Part shown: in pieces, positions 12,401 to 25,478 of the stretch
Layout: every line of letters starts with the position of its first letter
Numbering within the stretch: position 1 is the stretch's first letter
Source of the DNA: Squalus acanthias
Taxonomy: Eukaryota
Length of the DNA stretch: 64,000 bases
Assembly: GCA_030390025.1 (NCBI GenBank)
Contig: CM059432.1
Coordinates: forward strand, 141,052,001-141,116,000
Reading direction: 5' to 3'
Notes under the pieces: generated by a model
Database searches by the model: none
Told to the model about the DNA's origin: nothing
The model's input: the letters and a program-made list of their open reading frames with translations, nothing else
Translations under genes and position numbers: made by a program

Positions 12401-13946
12401 CTAAGGAAACATGAAAAAGTAAAAATGTCTTTGTTACAATACACAAGTTATTCTTTCCTTTCATACCCAGCAGCCTGCCTAAAACTTGCAAACTACATCA
12501 GGTGTTCAGAAAGCAATACAAAAAGGTATGCAGGAATAATTAACTACTTCCTTAAACAAAATCTACTATATTATTTAAAAAGTTAATACATTTGTTACGG
12601 GTTGCTTTCATAAATCCTCAACTGCTAACTGTTTCAATGTTTGTATAAGACAATGCAACTGAATGGGGCAGGGTGTGTAGAAAACTCAGCCACATCACCA
12701 CTATCAAAAGACTTCACCAGTTACCATGTTAGCACACCTACAGAGGGATACTGATGGAGATATCCATGATCCCTCACCTGTCTACGCAGTGAAACCCAAG
12801 GTGAAGGGAAAGAAAATGGAGCCAAAATAAAGGTTTAACTAAAATACACATATGCATTACAAAATTTCTGAAGGTTAAAAGGACAAATAATTCAAACTTG
12901 AATCTGTGCCCACTGAGTAGAAAGAAGATTGTTGCTTCCACCTCTCCATTAAGGGTTTAAAAAGAAAAATGAAAAACACTTCAAGGTAAAGATTTTTCTC
13001 AGTTGGTAAAATGATAAACTGATGTAAGCAAAGTTATTATACACCAAATAGATTACAACAACTTGCATTTCTACAGCGCCTTTAATGTAGTAAAACACCC
13101 CAAAGCACTTCTTGTGACAGAGTGTTAGCAGACAAAATTTGACACTGAGCCACGTAAAGAGATATTAGGACAGGTGAACAAAAGCTTGGTCAAAAAAGTA
13201 GGTATTAAGGAACGATTTAAAGGAGGAGAGGTCTAAGGAGGGAATTTTAGATTAGTAATATGGTAGACATTTTGAAACAGTGGCAGGCATATTTGTAAGG
13301 GCAGAAGAAGCATCAGTTACCCACCTGTAAACCATTATGCACTGCCCTTGCCATCAAGATTGAACCAGCACAGCTTTGAACTAGTCACAATCCTTTTCTA
13401 GGTTCAATTAACTGCCTGCTGGTTTACTAGTGGGCCCTGACTGTTTCTACAGACCTAGGAGGATACATAGTGGTGCTGTTGTTTTAGTAATATTAGGTCT
13501 GAAAAAAAGTGACAGGAAACATCAGCTTCACCAACAGCAAGTCCCTCTCAACAGAGCCAAATGAATCCATAAAGTTTCCACTCTGGCCTGCTAGATAGTC
13601 CCCTGCATGTAAAACGGACAACCTCTGATTACAGAATTGTCACTACTTTAGATGGTTTAAAAAAAAGCGGCAGCAATTAATGCTTCTGTGATTTTGATTG
13701 AAGAGGAAATGCAATTGAAGTCAATTTAGTATGCTTTAGATCTAATTACAAAGGGTAATTTTGGTAATTATAAAGCCGGTTTTTAAATCAGTAATATCAG
13801 AATAAAATTAAACAGCAATATGGCTAGAAACGAGAGAAGCAAATACTGTGATAATAATGGATTTTTTTTTTTAAATGTGGAAACTCTAAACTAATTGAAG
13901 GAATTACTTTGAAGATCTACAAATGTTGGTGGCAAACTGAATCTAT

Positions 13947-14422
13947 GGCCTGGATATTAGCAAGTGCGCGTTACATAGGCGGGGGGACGGCGTTTCGGAC
14001 AGGAAACCCGGAAGGCCAGGTTTCCCCGCATGCTGTGGAGTTTGGCCCCGACAGATTCCCTGCCCGGAAATCAACTAGATTGACGGGCTTGGCTTCCAGT
14101 GGGGCGGGGAGCACTCCGGAGCAGGCCGCAGGACTAGGTAAGTCCGATCCCCAACCCTGGGGGGTGATGTCTGATCCCTGACTTCGGGGGCCTTTGCAAG
14201 GGGTGGTCTGATGGTGGGGGTGCTTTGGGGGCCAGGGTGAAGCACTCCTGCTCCTCCTGGCCCACAAGCAGTGCTGTAAAGGCACTTACCTTCTCCCTGA
14301 AGCTGTCCTCGCCTCACTTTGGAAGTGGCTGGGTTGAAGGCGGGTTGGGGGTTCAGATTTTTAAAATGTTAACATCTGACCCGAACCCAATCCACCTGTT
14401 TTTGTGCGCTAAAATTCCCCTC
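13947..14422. mobile_element. PIF/Harbinger-like MITE
   Basis: GC-rich block starting GGCCTGGATATT and ending AAAATTCCCCTC, with TAT on both sides (possible 3-bp TSD). Confidence 0.55.
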
Positions 14423-14469
14423 TATGAATCTGATACAGGTGCACATACAAGCTAGGAAGATTAGAGTGT

Positions 14470-15870
14470 AATGAAGAGTGCGGTGCCAAAACTGAACGCA
14501 GTACTCCAGATGGGGTCTGAACAAGGCTCTGTACAACTTAAGCATCACTTTTACATTCAAACCCCCTTGAGATAAAAGAAAAAACAACATTCCAATAGCT
14601 TTTTAAAATTACTTCTTGTACCTGTGCACTAGCTTTTAGTGATTTGTGTACCCGGTCACCTGAATCCTTTTGCTCCTCCACAGCTCCTAGTCTCGCACCA
14701 TTAAGAAAATATTACAATTGGTATTTCTCTGATTCCCTCACACTTTCCCACATTGAACTCCATCTGCCACAATGTTACCCACTCACTTAGTCTGTCTATG
14801 TCCCTTTGTAAATTTGTACTCCCATCTACACAATTTGCTGTGCCTCCTTAACTTCGTGTCATCTGCAAACTTGAATAAAGAACTCTTGATTCCTTTATCC
14901 AAGTCATTAATATGATGAAAAGCCGAGGCCCCAACACAGATATCCGGGGAACACCACTTGTCACGTCCCATCAATCAGCGTACATTCCCTTTATCACTGT
15001 TCTCAATCTCCTACCTCTCAACCAATTACCAACTCATGTGTACCTCCAATTCCATTGCACTTTTATTTTTGCCGATAATCACTTGTGCGGAACTTTACCA
15101 TACGCCTTCTGAAGTCCGTAGACAACATCCATAGACACTCCCCTATCCACCATGCTAGTGAGCTCCTCAAAAAAAATCAACTAGTTTAGTCAGACATTAC
15201 CTACCTTTCACAAATCCATGCTGAATCTCTTTAATCTCTGTCCCCTATGATAGATTCTAATAACTTCCCAACAGCGGATATTAAACTGACAGGTCTGTAG
15301 TTGCCTGTTTTCTTCCCTCCCTCCTTTCTTAAATAATGGAGTGACAATTGCAATTTTCCAATCGAACGACACCATTTTTGAATCTAGAGAGCTTTGGAAA
15401 ATTATGAGTCTGCAATTTGCTCAGCTATTTCTTTTAAAACCCTGGAATGGAAACCATCAGGTCCTGTAGGTTTGTCTATCTTAAGTCTCATTATCTTCTC
15501 CATTAGAACTTTTTAAAATATTAAATCTGTCAAGTTCCTTTGACTTATTTTTGGGTTCCGTTGTACTACTGGTATTTTGTCCTCCTCCACTGGGAAAATG
15601 GATATAAAGTATTCATTTAACAAGTCTGCCATTTCCTTATTGTCTGTTATAGTGTCACCTGCATTGGTCTTTATTAAGCCGACATGCCCCTTTACCACTC
15701 CCTTTCTCTTATAGAAAGTTCTACTGTTAGCTTTGGTATCCCTTGCAAGTTTTTTTTCTCTCTATATTTTCTTTTATCACCGCTGATTACTTTCTTTGTA
15801 TCCTTTGTTGCTTTTTATAGGTCTTCCAGTCTGCTAGAATTCTACTTCCCCTTGCTCTTGTGCAAGCCTT
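14470..15870 (-). mobile_element. Degenerate CR1 ORF2 fragment
   Basis: Minus-strand pieces LYRALFRPHLEYCVQFW, INDLDKGIKSSLFKFADDTKL, DNKEMADLLNEYF. Confidence 0.85.
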
Positions 15871-15877
15871 TTCTTTT

Positions 15878-16345
15878 AGGAAGGAAGGAAGTCTTGCATT
15901 TATATAGCGTCATTCATGACCTCCGGACGTCCCAAAGCGCTTTACAGCCAATGAAGTACTTTTGAAGTGTAGTCACTGTTGTAATATAGGAAATGTGGCA
16001 GCCAATTTGCGCACAGCAAGCTCCCACAAACAGCAATGTGATAATGACCAGATAATCTGTTTTTAGTGATGTTGATTGAGGGTTAAATATTGGCCAGGAC
16101 ACCGGGGATAACTCCCCAGCTCTTCTTCGAAATAGTGCCATGGGATCCGTTATGTCCACCTGAGAGCAGATGGGGCCTCTGTTTAACGTTTCATCCGAAA
16201 GACGGCACCTCCGACAGTGCAGCACTCCCTCAGTACTGCACTTGAGTGTCAACCTAGATTTTTGTGCTCAAGTCTCTGGAATGGGACTTGAACCCACAAC
16301 CTTCTGACTCAGAGGCGAGGGCGCTACCAACTGAGCCACAGCTGA
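15878..16345 (-). mobile_element. tRNA-headed Deu-domain SINE (SacSINE1-like), full length
   Basis: Minus strand: A-box TGGCTCAGTTGG, B-box GGTTCAAGTCC, Deu-like core gatgaaacgttaaacagaggcccc, L2-like tail gcgctttgggacgtcc...ctatataaatgcaag followed by (cttc)n. Confidence 0.85.
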
Positions 16346-16844
16346 TACTGTCCCAATTATACCATTATTATTACCTAAATATATACTATCCAATTTCCAG
16401 GAAGTCAACACTAAGTGTAGTTTGCGGGTGAAGTGGAGTTAGAGAGGGAGATAATTGGATCAGGGCGGGCAGACATAATAGTCTCAGTTTTAAAGTCAGA
16501 TATTCTGTTCTTATTTTTGTATTCCCATTATAAATTCCTTTGTCCACATTTACAATATAAACCGACAATGTAAACTTGTCACGCTATCATTGCACCATCC
16601 TGCCAGTGATGGCCCTGCTGCACCTTTATGAGCTGGAACACTGTTCTGTTAGTGAAGCTGATTTGTTAAAAAAAAAAATCTCATGCCAAGTTAAACTGTA
16701 GACATAAATAAAAACTTTTTTTTTAATAAAAACAGTGGCCTTCTGAAAAGCAAACCATTTGTTGCAAGTATAATGCACTTTCCTAGCACACAAATATATT
16801 CGGTTATTTTCTTCAGTGTAAAAATAGAGTAACAGAAGTTGTAC

Positions 16845-16959
16845 CTTTCGCTCTTGGATATGTACCTTCCCTCTCCATACCACCAATGGATCAAGCATTT
16901 TCTCAAAAATTTCTGGGTCTACAACAGTTGCTCCCAGGTACTCTGCAATTTTCTGCCAA
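16845..16959 (-). CDS. MTBP: MTBP exon 7
   Basis: ctcattgtag| WQKIAEYLGATVVDPEIFEKMLDPLVVWRGKVHIQERK |gtacaa; human QKIAEYLSANVV...LWRGKIQIWERK; 115 nt. Confidence 0.94.
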
Positions 16960-17044
16960 CTACAATGAGATAAATTGTGTTAGATGTCTGAACTTGGAAA
17001 TAATAATTGGTGGTTTGAATTAACAATCTAAGTTTTATTATTAG

Positions 17045-19170
17045 TTACATAGAATTACATACGATATACGGCACAGAAACAGGCCATTTGGCCCAACCAG
17101 TCATGCCGGCGTTTATGCGCCACTCGAGCTTCTTCCCATCCTTCCTCATCTAACTATCAGCATAACCCTCTATTCCCTTCTCCCTCATGTGCTTATCTAG
17201 CTTCCCCTTAAATGCATCTATACTATTCGCCTCAACTACTCCCTGTGATAGCAAGTTCCACATTCTCACCACTCTAGGTAAAGAAGATACTTCTGAATTC
17301 CCTATTTGATTTCTTGGTGACTATCTTATATTGATGGCCTCTAGTTTTGCTCTTCCCCACAAGTGGAAACACACTCTTGGTGTCTACAATACCTTTCATA
17401 ATTTTAAAGACCTCTATTAGGTCACCCCTCAGCCTTCTTTTTTCAAGAGAAAAGAGCCTGTTCATCTTTTCCTAATAGATATAACCTCGCAGTTCTGGCA
17501 TCATCCTTGTAAATCTAGATACATCATCCTTGTAAACTTGTCACGCTATCATTGCACCATCCTGCCAGTGATGGCCCTACTGCACCTTTATGAGCTGGAA
17601 CACTGTTCTGCTACTATCAGTGTCTCTATATCCTTTTTATCATATGGTGACCAGAACTGTACACAGTACTCCAAGTGTGGTCTAACCAAGGTTCGATACA
17701 AGTTTAGCATGACTTCTCTACTTTTCAATTCGATTCCTCTAGAAATAAACCCTAGTGCTTGGTTTTGTTTTGTTATGACCTTATTGACCTGTGTCGCAAC
17801 TTTTAATGATTTGTGTATTTGTACTCCCAGATGCTTTCCTCCTCGACCCCATGTAGATTCTTATTTTCCAAGTAATACGTGACCTCCTTATTTTTCTTAC
17901 CAAAATGTAGTACCTCACACTTCTATGTTGAAACTCATTTGCCAATTATATGCCAATTCTTCAATTTTATTAATGTCTTCTTGTAATTTGTTGCAGTCCT
18001 CCTCAGTGTTGACTATCCCACTCAATTTGGTGTCGTCCACAAATTTAGAAATTGGCCCAGATATTCCGATCGCAGGCCTCCTGCGGGCGGACGACTGCGA
18101 TCTGGAAAAATCTGCGCCTTACCCGAGGGCTCCCGGGACGCGCACAATTCCGATGCTGGGCCTCACCAAACTGCAAGAGCACAGGGCCCACGTATCCCAG
18201 AGGCGCAGGTAGTTTGCAGCGTCCCTGCGATCACGTGGGCCATGGGGAGCCAATCACAGAAGGGAATCTCTCCCTTCATACACTTGACAGGAAGGCCTGT
18301 CAAATATATGAATGGAGATCACCCCCAAAACATAGTAAAACTTTAAATACATTTTAAAAAAACATCACATTTTTAAAATGACTTGAAATTACAATAAATT
18401 AACTATTTTAAACAAAAATTTACATTTTTGAAAAAAATTAAAGTTTTTTTTATGGGGCTAAAAATAAACTTACCTTTTTTAAAAAAGTATTTTAAATGAT
18501 AAATCAGTGAAAATTTTTTCTTTTTTTAAACTTTTTCTCAACTCTTACGCCTGCTTTTACCAGGCGCAAGAACTGTAAGGGTTTTCTGCGGGCGGAGGGT
18601 CTCCAAAAAGTTGAACTATCCGCCCGCAGAGGCCCTTCTCCAGGGCAGCCGGAGGATCTGTCAAGTGCTTTCTTGACAGATCGGAAATGCCGGTTTCCAG
18701 CGCATGCCTGAAACCGGCATTTCCGATGTCCCTACGGGTGAGTACACGGCGCGTACCCACCTGTAGGGATCAGAATATCCGGCCCATTGTGTTTTTGATT
18801 CCAGTCTAAATTGTTAATATAAATTGTGAACATCAGTGGTCCCAGCACTGATCCTTGTGGGACCCCACTTCCCACCTTCTGGCACACTGAATAGCTACCC
18901 TTTACCTCATCTCTGCTTTCTGTCTTGCAGCCAGCTACCTATTCATTCTGCTACTTGTCCCCTGACACTGCATGCTCTGACCTTATTCATTCGTCTATTA
19001 TGTGGTACCTTTTTGAAGGCCTTCTGGAAATCTAGATACATTACATCTACTACCTTACCCTTGTCTACTCTCTCTGTTACCTCGTCAAAAAATTCAATGA
19101 GGTTGGTCAAGCAAGACTTTCCCTTCTGAAATCCATACTGACTATTCATTGTTATATTTTTGGTTTCTAG
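17045..19170 (-). mobile_element. CR1 ORF2 3' part with nested insertions
   Basis: FSLEKRRLRGDLIEVFKIMKG; KSCLTNLIEFFDEVTERVDKG...LDFQKAF; interrupted at 17531-17610 and 18054-18785. Confidence 0.88.
18054..18785. mobile_element. PIF/Harbinger-like MITE nested in CR1
   Basis: Imperfect TIRs GGCCCAGATATT.. / ..AATATCCGGCCC; 3-bp ATT on both sides; GC-rich arms with an AT-rich core; related to 39702-40460. Confidence 0.75.
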
Positions 19171-19174
19171 ATGT

Positions 19175-20120
19175 TAGAAGCATAGAAGATAGGAGCAGGA
19201 GTAGGCCATTCGGCCCCTCGAGCCTGCTCCGCCATTTAATGAGGTCATGGCTGATCATCCAAATTCAGTACCCTGTCCCTGCTTTCTCCCCATATCCCTT
19301 GATCCCCTTAGCCTTAAGAAATATATCTATCTCCTTCTTGAATATATTTAATGAATTGGCCTCAACTGCCTTCTGTGGTAGAGAATTCCACAGGTTCACC
19401 ACTCTCTGGGTGAAGAAATTCCTCCTCATCTCGGTCCTAAATGGCTTACCCCTTATCCTTAGACTGTGACCCCTGGTTCTGGACTCCCCCGCCATCGGGA
19501 ACATCCTTCCTGCATCTAGTCTGTCTAGTCCTGTTAGAATTTCATAAGTTTCAATGAGATCCCCTCTCATTCTTCTAAACTCTAGCGAATATAAGCCTAA
19601 TCGACCTAATCTCTCTTCATACGTCATTTCTGCCATCCCAGGTATCAGTCTGGTAAAACTTCGCTGCACTCCCTCCATGGCAAGAACATCCTTCCTCAGA
19701 TAAGGTGTCCAAAACTGCACACAATACTCAAGGTGTGGTCTCACCAAGGCCCTGTACAACTGCAGCAAGACATCCTTGCTCCTGTACTCGAATCCTCTCG
19801 CTATGAAGACCAACATACCATTTGTCTTCTTAACTGCCTGCTGCACCTGCATGCTTACCTTCAGCGACTGGTGCACAAGGACTCCCATTTCTCGTTGCAC
19901 TGCCCCTTTTCCCAATCTATTGCTGTTCAGATAATAATCTGTCTTCCTGTTTTTGCCACCAAAGTGGATAACCTCGCATTTATCCATATTATACTGCATC
20001 TGCCATGCATCTGCCCAATCACCCAACCTGTCCAAATCATACTGGAGTTTCTCTGCATCCTCCTCACAGCACACACGCCCACCCAGCTTTGTGTCGTCTG
20101 CAAACTTAGAGATATTACAT
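19175..20120 (-). mobile_element. Young CR1 3' portion, same subfamily as 2940-7142
   Basis: ORF 19265..20074 (269 aa of RT C-terminus) is nearly identical to the translation of 6240-7050. Confidence 0.93.
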
Positions 20121-20724
20121 TTCTATTATCTCTTTTAATTCTCACAGTATTGTTCTATATGCCATCTGTAGGTCACAATATGGTTGGCAATCCAGTGCTT
20201 CATTTGATCATTCCTCATAGTTATGAATGAAGGTACCTATAGTCGCTGCTCAGACTGGTGTTATTTTTGGTTTGTATGAAATCAAATTTGTGATTTTTAA
20301 AGTTCTAACAGTCTACCATTTTTCATATTACTAAATATTGCCTCTCAAGCCTTTTAAAGATTTTTTTTAATAAAGTGTTTGTAGATTTCTGGTACTAGGT
20401 TTTGTTCTTCAGCCAAAGTTCTTACAGTTCTAAATCCAGAACTACAAATTAAACACTGGTGTGCAAGCCACGAGGTTAGTTACAAAAATAATATTTAAAA
20501 TTAGATATTTGGTGGGAAGAAAGGAATGTCTTACAGTAATCATAAAAGTTGTGCCATACTAAAAATAAAAGTTTGACCAAACTTTAAATCCTAACTTTTT
20601 AACCATAAAATAGTATTACATGCCAGCAAAATGAGCTAAAAAGAAAATATAGTTTATGCAACTGTTTGCCTTTTGTACCAGTTCAATATAAACACTGAAC
20701 TTGCTCAAGTTTTGAGATACTTAC

Positions 20725-20869
20725 CACTTGCCATCCTTTGTTGCTATGGCAATTTCTGCTGAATGCCACTCCCTCAGGTGCTTAAATGCACCCACAACAG
20801 GGAGCCAGTCTTTCAGCCTGGGAACACCACTGCCAGAGACCAGCAAGATTAGATCCAATAACCCTTTGC
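20725..20869 (-). CDS. MTBP: MTBP exon 6
   Basis: ctgttaatag| KGLLDLILLVSGSGVPRLKDWLPVVGAFKHLREWHSAEIAIATKDGK(C) |gtaagt; human ...PKLKDYLPTVGALKHLREWYSAKITIA; lies in ORF 20721..20912; 145 nt. Confidence 0.95.
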
Positions 20870-20994
20870 CTATTAACAGAAAAAAAGGGAACACTTCAAA
20901 ATTCAAGCTCAATCCAACTTTTAGGCCGACAACTTAAAAGTAAAGCTGAGCATAATTGCAACAATATACAGCACATTATATAGCAAATAAATTG

Positions 20995-21795
20995 TGCCAT
21001 TGTTTTCGGTCCCCGCCACAAACTCCGTTCCCTAGCCACTGACTCCATCCCTCTCCCCAACATCTGCCTGAGGCGGAACCACACTGTTCGCAACCTTGGT
21101 GTCATATTTGACCCTGAAATGAGCTTCCGACCACATATCTGCAGCATAACAAAGACAACCTACTTCCACCTCTGTAACATCGCCCGTCTCCGCCCTTGCC
21201 TAAGCTCATCCGCTGCTGAAACCCTCATCCATGCCTTTGTTACCTCTAGACTTGACTATTCCAATGCACTCCTGGCTGGCCTCCCACATTCCACCCTATG
21301 TAAACTTGAGGTCATCTAAAACTCGGCTGCCCGTGTCCTAACTCGCACCAAGTTCCGTTCACCCATCACCCCTGTGCTCGTTGACCTACATTGGCTCCCG
21401 GCTAAGCAGCGCCTCGATTTCAAAATTCTTGTCCTGGTTTTCAAATCCCTCCATGGCCTCACCCCTTCCTATCTCTAATCTCCTTCAGCCCCCCCCCGAT
21501 ATCTGCGCTGCTCTAATTCAGCCCTCTTGAGCATCCCTGATTATAATCGCTCAACCTTTGGTGGTCGTGCCTTCTGTTGCCTGGGCCCTAAGCTCTGGAA
21601 TTCCCTCCCTAAACCTCTCCGCCTCTCTACCTTTCTTTCCTCCTTTAAGACGCTCCTTAAAACCTACTGCTTTGACCAAGCTTTTGGTCACCTGCCCTAA
21701 TTTATCCTCATGTGGATCGGTGTCAAATTTGTTGTCTTAAAATACTCCTGTGTAGCGCCTTGGGACGTTTTACTATAAATACAAGTTGTTGTTGC
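20995..21795 (+). mobile_element. L2 LINE 3' portion
   Basis: MSFRPHICSITKTTYFHLCNIARLRPCLSSSAAETLIHAFVTSRLDYSNALLAGLP; tail caagttgttgttg; very similar to 44510-45265. Confidence 0.92.
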
Positions 21796-21799
21796 TGCT

Positions 21800-22360
21800 A
21801 AACCTTTATAAATCACTGGTTAGCCCTCAGCTGGAGGATTGTGTCCAATTTTGGGCACCACACTTTAGGAAGGATGTCAAGACGGTGGAGGGTGCAGAAG
21901 AGATTTACTAGAATCGTACCAGGGATGCGGGACTTTTATGTGGAGAGACTAGCGAAGCTGGGATTGTTCTCCTTACAGCAGAGAAGGTTAAGAGGAGATT
22001 TAATAGAGGTGTTCAAAATTATGAAGGGTTTTGATAAAGTAAATAAGAAACTGTTTCCACTAGCAGGAGGGTCGATAACCAGAGGATACAGATTTGTGAT
22101 TGGCAAAAACACCAGAGGTGAGATGAGGAGAAATTTTGTTTACGGAGCGAGTTATTATGACCTGGAATGCACTGCCTGAAAGGGTGGTGGAAGGAGATTC
22201 AATAGTTACTTTCAAAATGGAATTGTATACTTGAAAATAAACATTTGCAGGGCTATAGGAAAAGAGCAGGGGAGCGGGACTAATTGGACAGCTCTTTCTA
22301 AGAGCCGGCACAGGCATGATAGGCTGAATGGCCTCCTTCCGTGCTGTAAAATTCGATGAT
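21800..22360 (+). mobile_element. CR1 3' fragment
   Basis: VQKRFTRIVPGMR...LGLFSLQQRRLRGDLIEVFKIMKGFD plus a CR1 3' UTR. Confidence 0.88.
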
Positions 22361-23166
22361 CCAGTACCGAACAACCTCTGCATGGTGATGTGGTTTACGT
22401 CAGGAACAAGCCTGCAACCCTCTGCTCTGTGGTGCAGTATGTTGGTGCTGCAACATGCCACTCATCTTTGCTATTCTTAAATTTCACTATCGAGTCAGGC
22501 AGTATGGTCCATCCACAAGTATTTCAATAAACAGCATCTTCCTGCTTGATGACCTCCAAGAACTTTTAATGTATCAGAGAAACAACCCTGTCAGATAGGT
22601 TCTCCTCCTTCTCAGAAAAATACTGGCAAATTTAACTCAAAACTGGTGTTCAGCATTGTCTGTTAGGTGGTTATACAGCACTTTAGTACTGTAGGTGTTA
22701 GATCTCCCTATCCCTGCACCCCGCACTCCACCCCCCCCCCCCAAAAAAAAGCATCTCAACCATATACAAAAGCAAAGGACGAAAGGTCATCAACCCGAAA
22801 GGTTAACTCGGTTTCTCTCTCCACAGAGGCTGCCTGACCTGCTGAGAATTTCCAGCATTTTCTGTTTTTATCTCAACCATATAGTTCTGTTTAATTCAAA
22901 CTACACAAAAATACACGGTACAGTATTAACTATATAGGATTGAAAAGTTACTTGATTGAAATGCAGTGCATATTGTGCACTATCAACTTCTTTCCCGTCA
23001 ATAAACAATTCATGTCAATTCCAGTTTGCTTTAAATAATTGGATCAGAAAAAGGAGCACATTGTAAGATACTGACAAATGATAGCAATGTGCCTATCATT
23101 ATTACAATTAATTTTGATATTGAAACATCGCACAAGGGCTCCGATAGAAATGATGCTGACAGTTAC

Positions 23167-23225
23167 CAGGAGGAGGTAGTTTATCTGCAAGTTGATGTAG
23201 ACCCTCTGCAGCCTCCTCAAATAAC
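23167..23225 (-). CDS. MTBP: MTBP exon 5
   Basis: ttcttttatag| LFEEAAEGLHQLADKLPPP(G) |gtaact; human LYEEAAENLHQLSDKLPAPG; 59 nt. Confidence 0.95.
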
Positions 23226-23419
23226 CTATAAAAGAAATTATGTTGATAGCTATGTTTCACATTTTCAAATATTTACATCACCATTATTCCCTCAATGTGC
23301 ACAAAAACAATACAAACATTTACCCCCAAAAAAATCAGTAATATATAACTTAGCAGTTAGAAATGCCACTGCTTTTTGGTCTGATCAGCACAATTAAAAA
23401 ATGCATTTGTATTGAAGAG

Positions 23420-23640
23420 GGTACAGGAACCTAGTGGTTATGGCATAAGCCTCGCAACTCAGAGATCCTGAGTTCAAATCTCACCACGACATGCTGTGAA
23501 ACTGAATTCACAAAATCTGGCAACCAGATGAATAACCACGAAAGCTGTCGGGTTGTCAAAAATGTGCCATCTCCTCAAGCAGTCTGACCTACAGCCCACA
23601 CTACATGACTAACTCAATGCCCTCAGGGGCATTATCTTCA
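23420..23640 (+). mobile_element. Degenerate tRNA-derived SINE
   Basis: A-box-like cctagtggtta and B-box gagttcaaatc followed by a non-tRNA body. Confidence 0.5.
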
Positions 23641-24391
23641 TTAATTATCCATAATTAATGATCTAGAACAGTTCAACAGGAAGGAACAGAGTTTCCATAA
23701 CTGCAGGAAAATTGGTGCTTTCTGAAAAAGAAATCCAATACATTTGACGCAGATTTAGTGTTCTTTTTCCAGTCTTTGTTTTGTTCACTCTCTTTTTCTC
23801 TGTCTCCCTATTTTTCTTTGTTTGTTTCTTGCTTTGTCTTTCTTTTTACTTTCTTTTGCTATCTTTCATTTTCACATTTTTTTCTATTCTATCGATTACC
23901 AGTATCACTTAGTTTCCCCTCCACAATATCAGCCACCAGTCGCTGCCTCACTACTAAAACAACTGAAACCCTCATCCATGTTTTTGTCACCTCTAGACTC
24001 GATTACCTCAATGCCCTCCTTAATGGCCACCCATTCTTCACCCTCCATAAATTCCAACTTGTCCAAAATCCAACTTCCCGTATCCTGCCCTGCACTCATT
24101 CCAGGACTTGAGCGCATAATGTAGGCTGACACTTCAGTGCGGTACTGAAGGAGTGCTGTACTACCTTCTTTCAGATGAGATGTTAAACCGAGGCCCATCT
24201 CTTGCAAACAGCATGAGAGTGTAACTTCAACCCACAGTTGGGTGTTATGATAGGAGACTTGGTGGACTAGAAGGATGAACCACAATGGGCTAATTTTTTT
24301 TTAATGTTCCAACTACTTGAGCAAATATACACAACATTCAGAATATTTAGAACCTATTTTTGCCAACGCTAAAATATTGTACAATACTTAC

Positions 24392-24543
24392 TCAGACAGG
24401 GGTGTAGACTCTTTCACATCACCATCCTCTTCCTCACAACCATTTATGCTATTCAGGCATTCTTGTATTAATGTTGGTATAGGTTCCTCACAGTCACTGT
24501 CCTGTGTACTGGAACTAATTTCTTCCCACTCTGGACTACAGAA
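24392..24543 (-). CDS. MTBP: MTBP exon 4
   Basis: ttctttctag| FCSPEWEEISSSTQDSDCEEPIPTLIQECLNSINGCEEEDGDVKESTPLS(E) |gtaagt; similar to human FCSSDWQEI...EECLGAVECFEEED; 152 nt. Confidence 0.93.
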
Positions 24544-25404
24544 CTAGAAAGAAAACAATAATGGGATAGTAATCAGAAGGTACATCTAACAGATTATGAT
24601 ATCGACTTGTCATTTAATCTCTCCTGCCTTCTACCCTACCCTTTTGTTTTTTCCACCCCTTCCCCCTTTCCCTGCCCCTGTACTTGCTTAAAACCTGTTA
24701 CATCGCTAACTTTTTCCAGTTATAATCAAAGGTCATCAACCTGAAACATTAATTTTGTTTTGCTCTCCACAGATGCTGCCTGACCTGCTGAGCGTTTCCA
24801 GCATTTTGTTTTTATTTCAGATTTCCAGCATCCGCAGTATTTTGCTTTTGTATATAATCGACTTTATGGCTTTTGTGTGTTTTTTTTTAAAAAAACTTGA
24901 CTTGAATTTTTCTCAGTTCTCATGCAGAAGTCTATACCCAAAACACTAACTTTTTCCTCCCTTTTAAAGATCCTGATCAACCTGCTGTATATTTCTATTG
25001 GTTCCACTTATCTTCAGTTTTTTCTTCAGTTTTAACTTCGGTCAACAAAAACCTAAGAATTGATGTATCGAGAAAAAGTCAGTTACTAAGTTGGTTTCAC
25101 CTGGTGAATAAAAACTGCAGGAACCCGATTCTCCTCAGGCTGCCTACTTCTCAAGATCACAACCCATCTATCACTATTGCATCCCAATTTTCAATCTGCA
25201 ACTATCCAATAACATTGTTTCATGCTATAAGAATCATCACATCCTCAACATCAAAAGTGCTCATTTATAATTACTGTTCTTCGAATTGGCTAGCCAGTTT
25301 CATTCATTTTCCCCCCCGTCGGTAGTTTTCGTTTTGCTGATAGTTTTGTGACCTTAACTTTGAGCTGTCATACACTTACAGGTTTTACTTCCTGCTCTCC
25401 TTAC

Positions 25405-25478
25405 CTGTGAAAAGCCACGGATTGCCTGAATTGCGAAGAACCATTTTTGTGGTGCCGGAACACCAGTTATTGAACAGG
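25405..25478 (-). CDS. MTBP: MTBP exon 3
   Basis: ctgttgcag| (A)CSITGVPAPQKWFFAIQAIRGFSQ |gtaagg; matches the MTBP KWFFAVQAIYGFYQ motif; 74 nt. Confidence 0.95.

Noticed and set aside
16270..16345. tRNA gene candidates (also about 35290-35355, 49600-49670, 23420-23490)
   Set aside because: The A and B boxes run into SINE bodies and tails; no complete cloverleaf or T-run terminator is evident.
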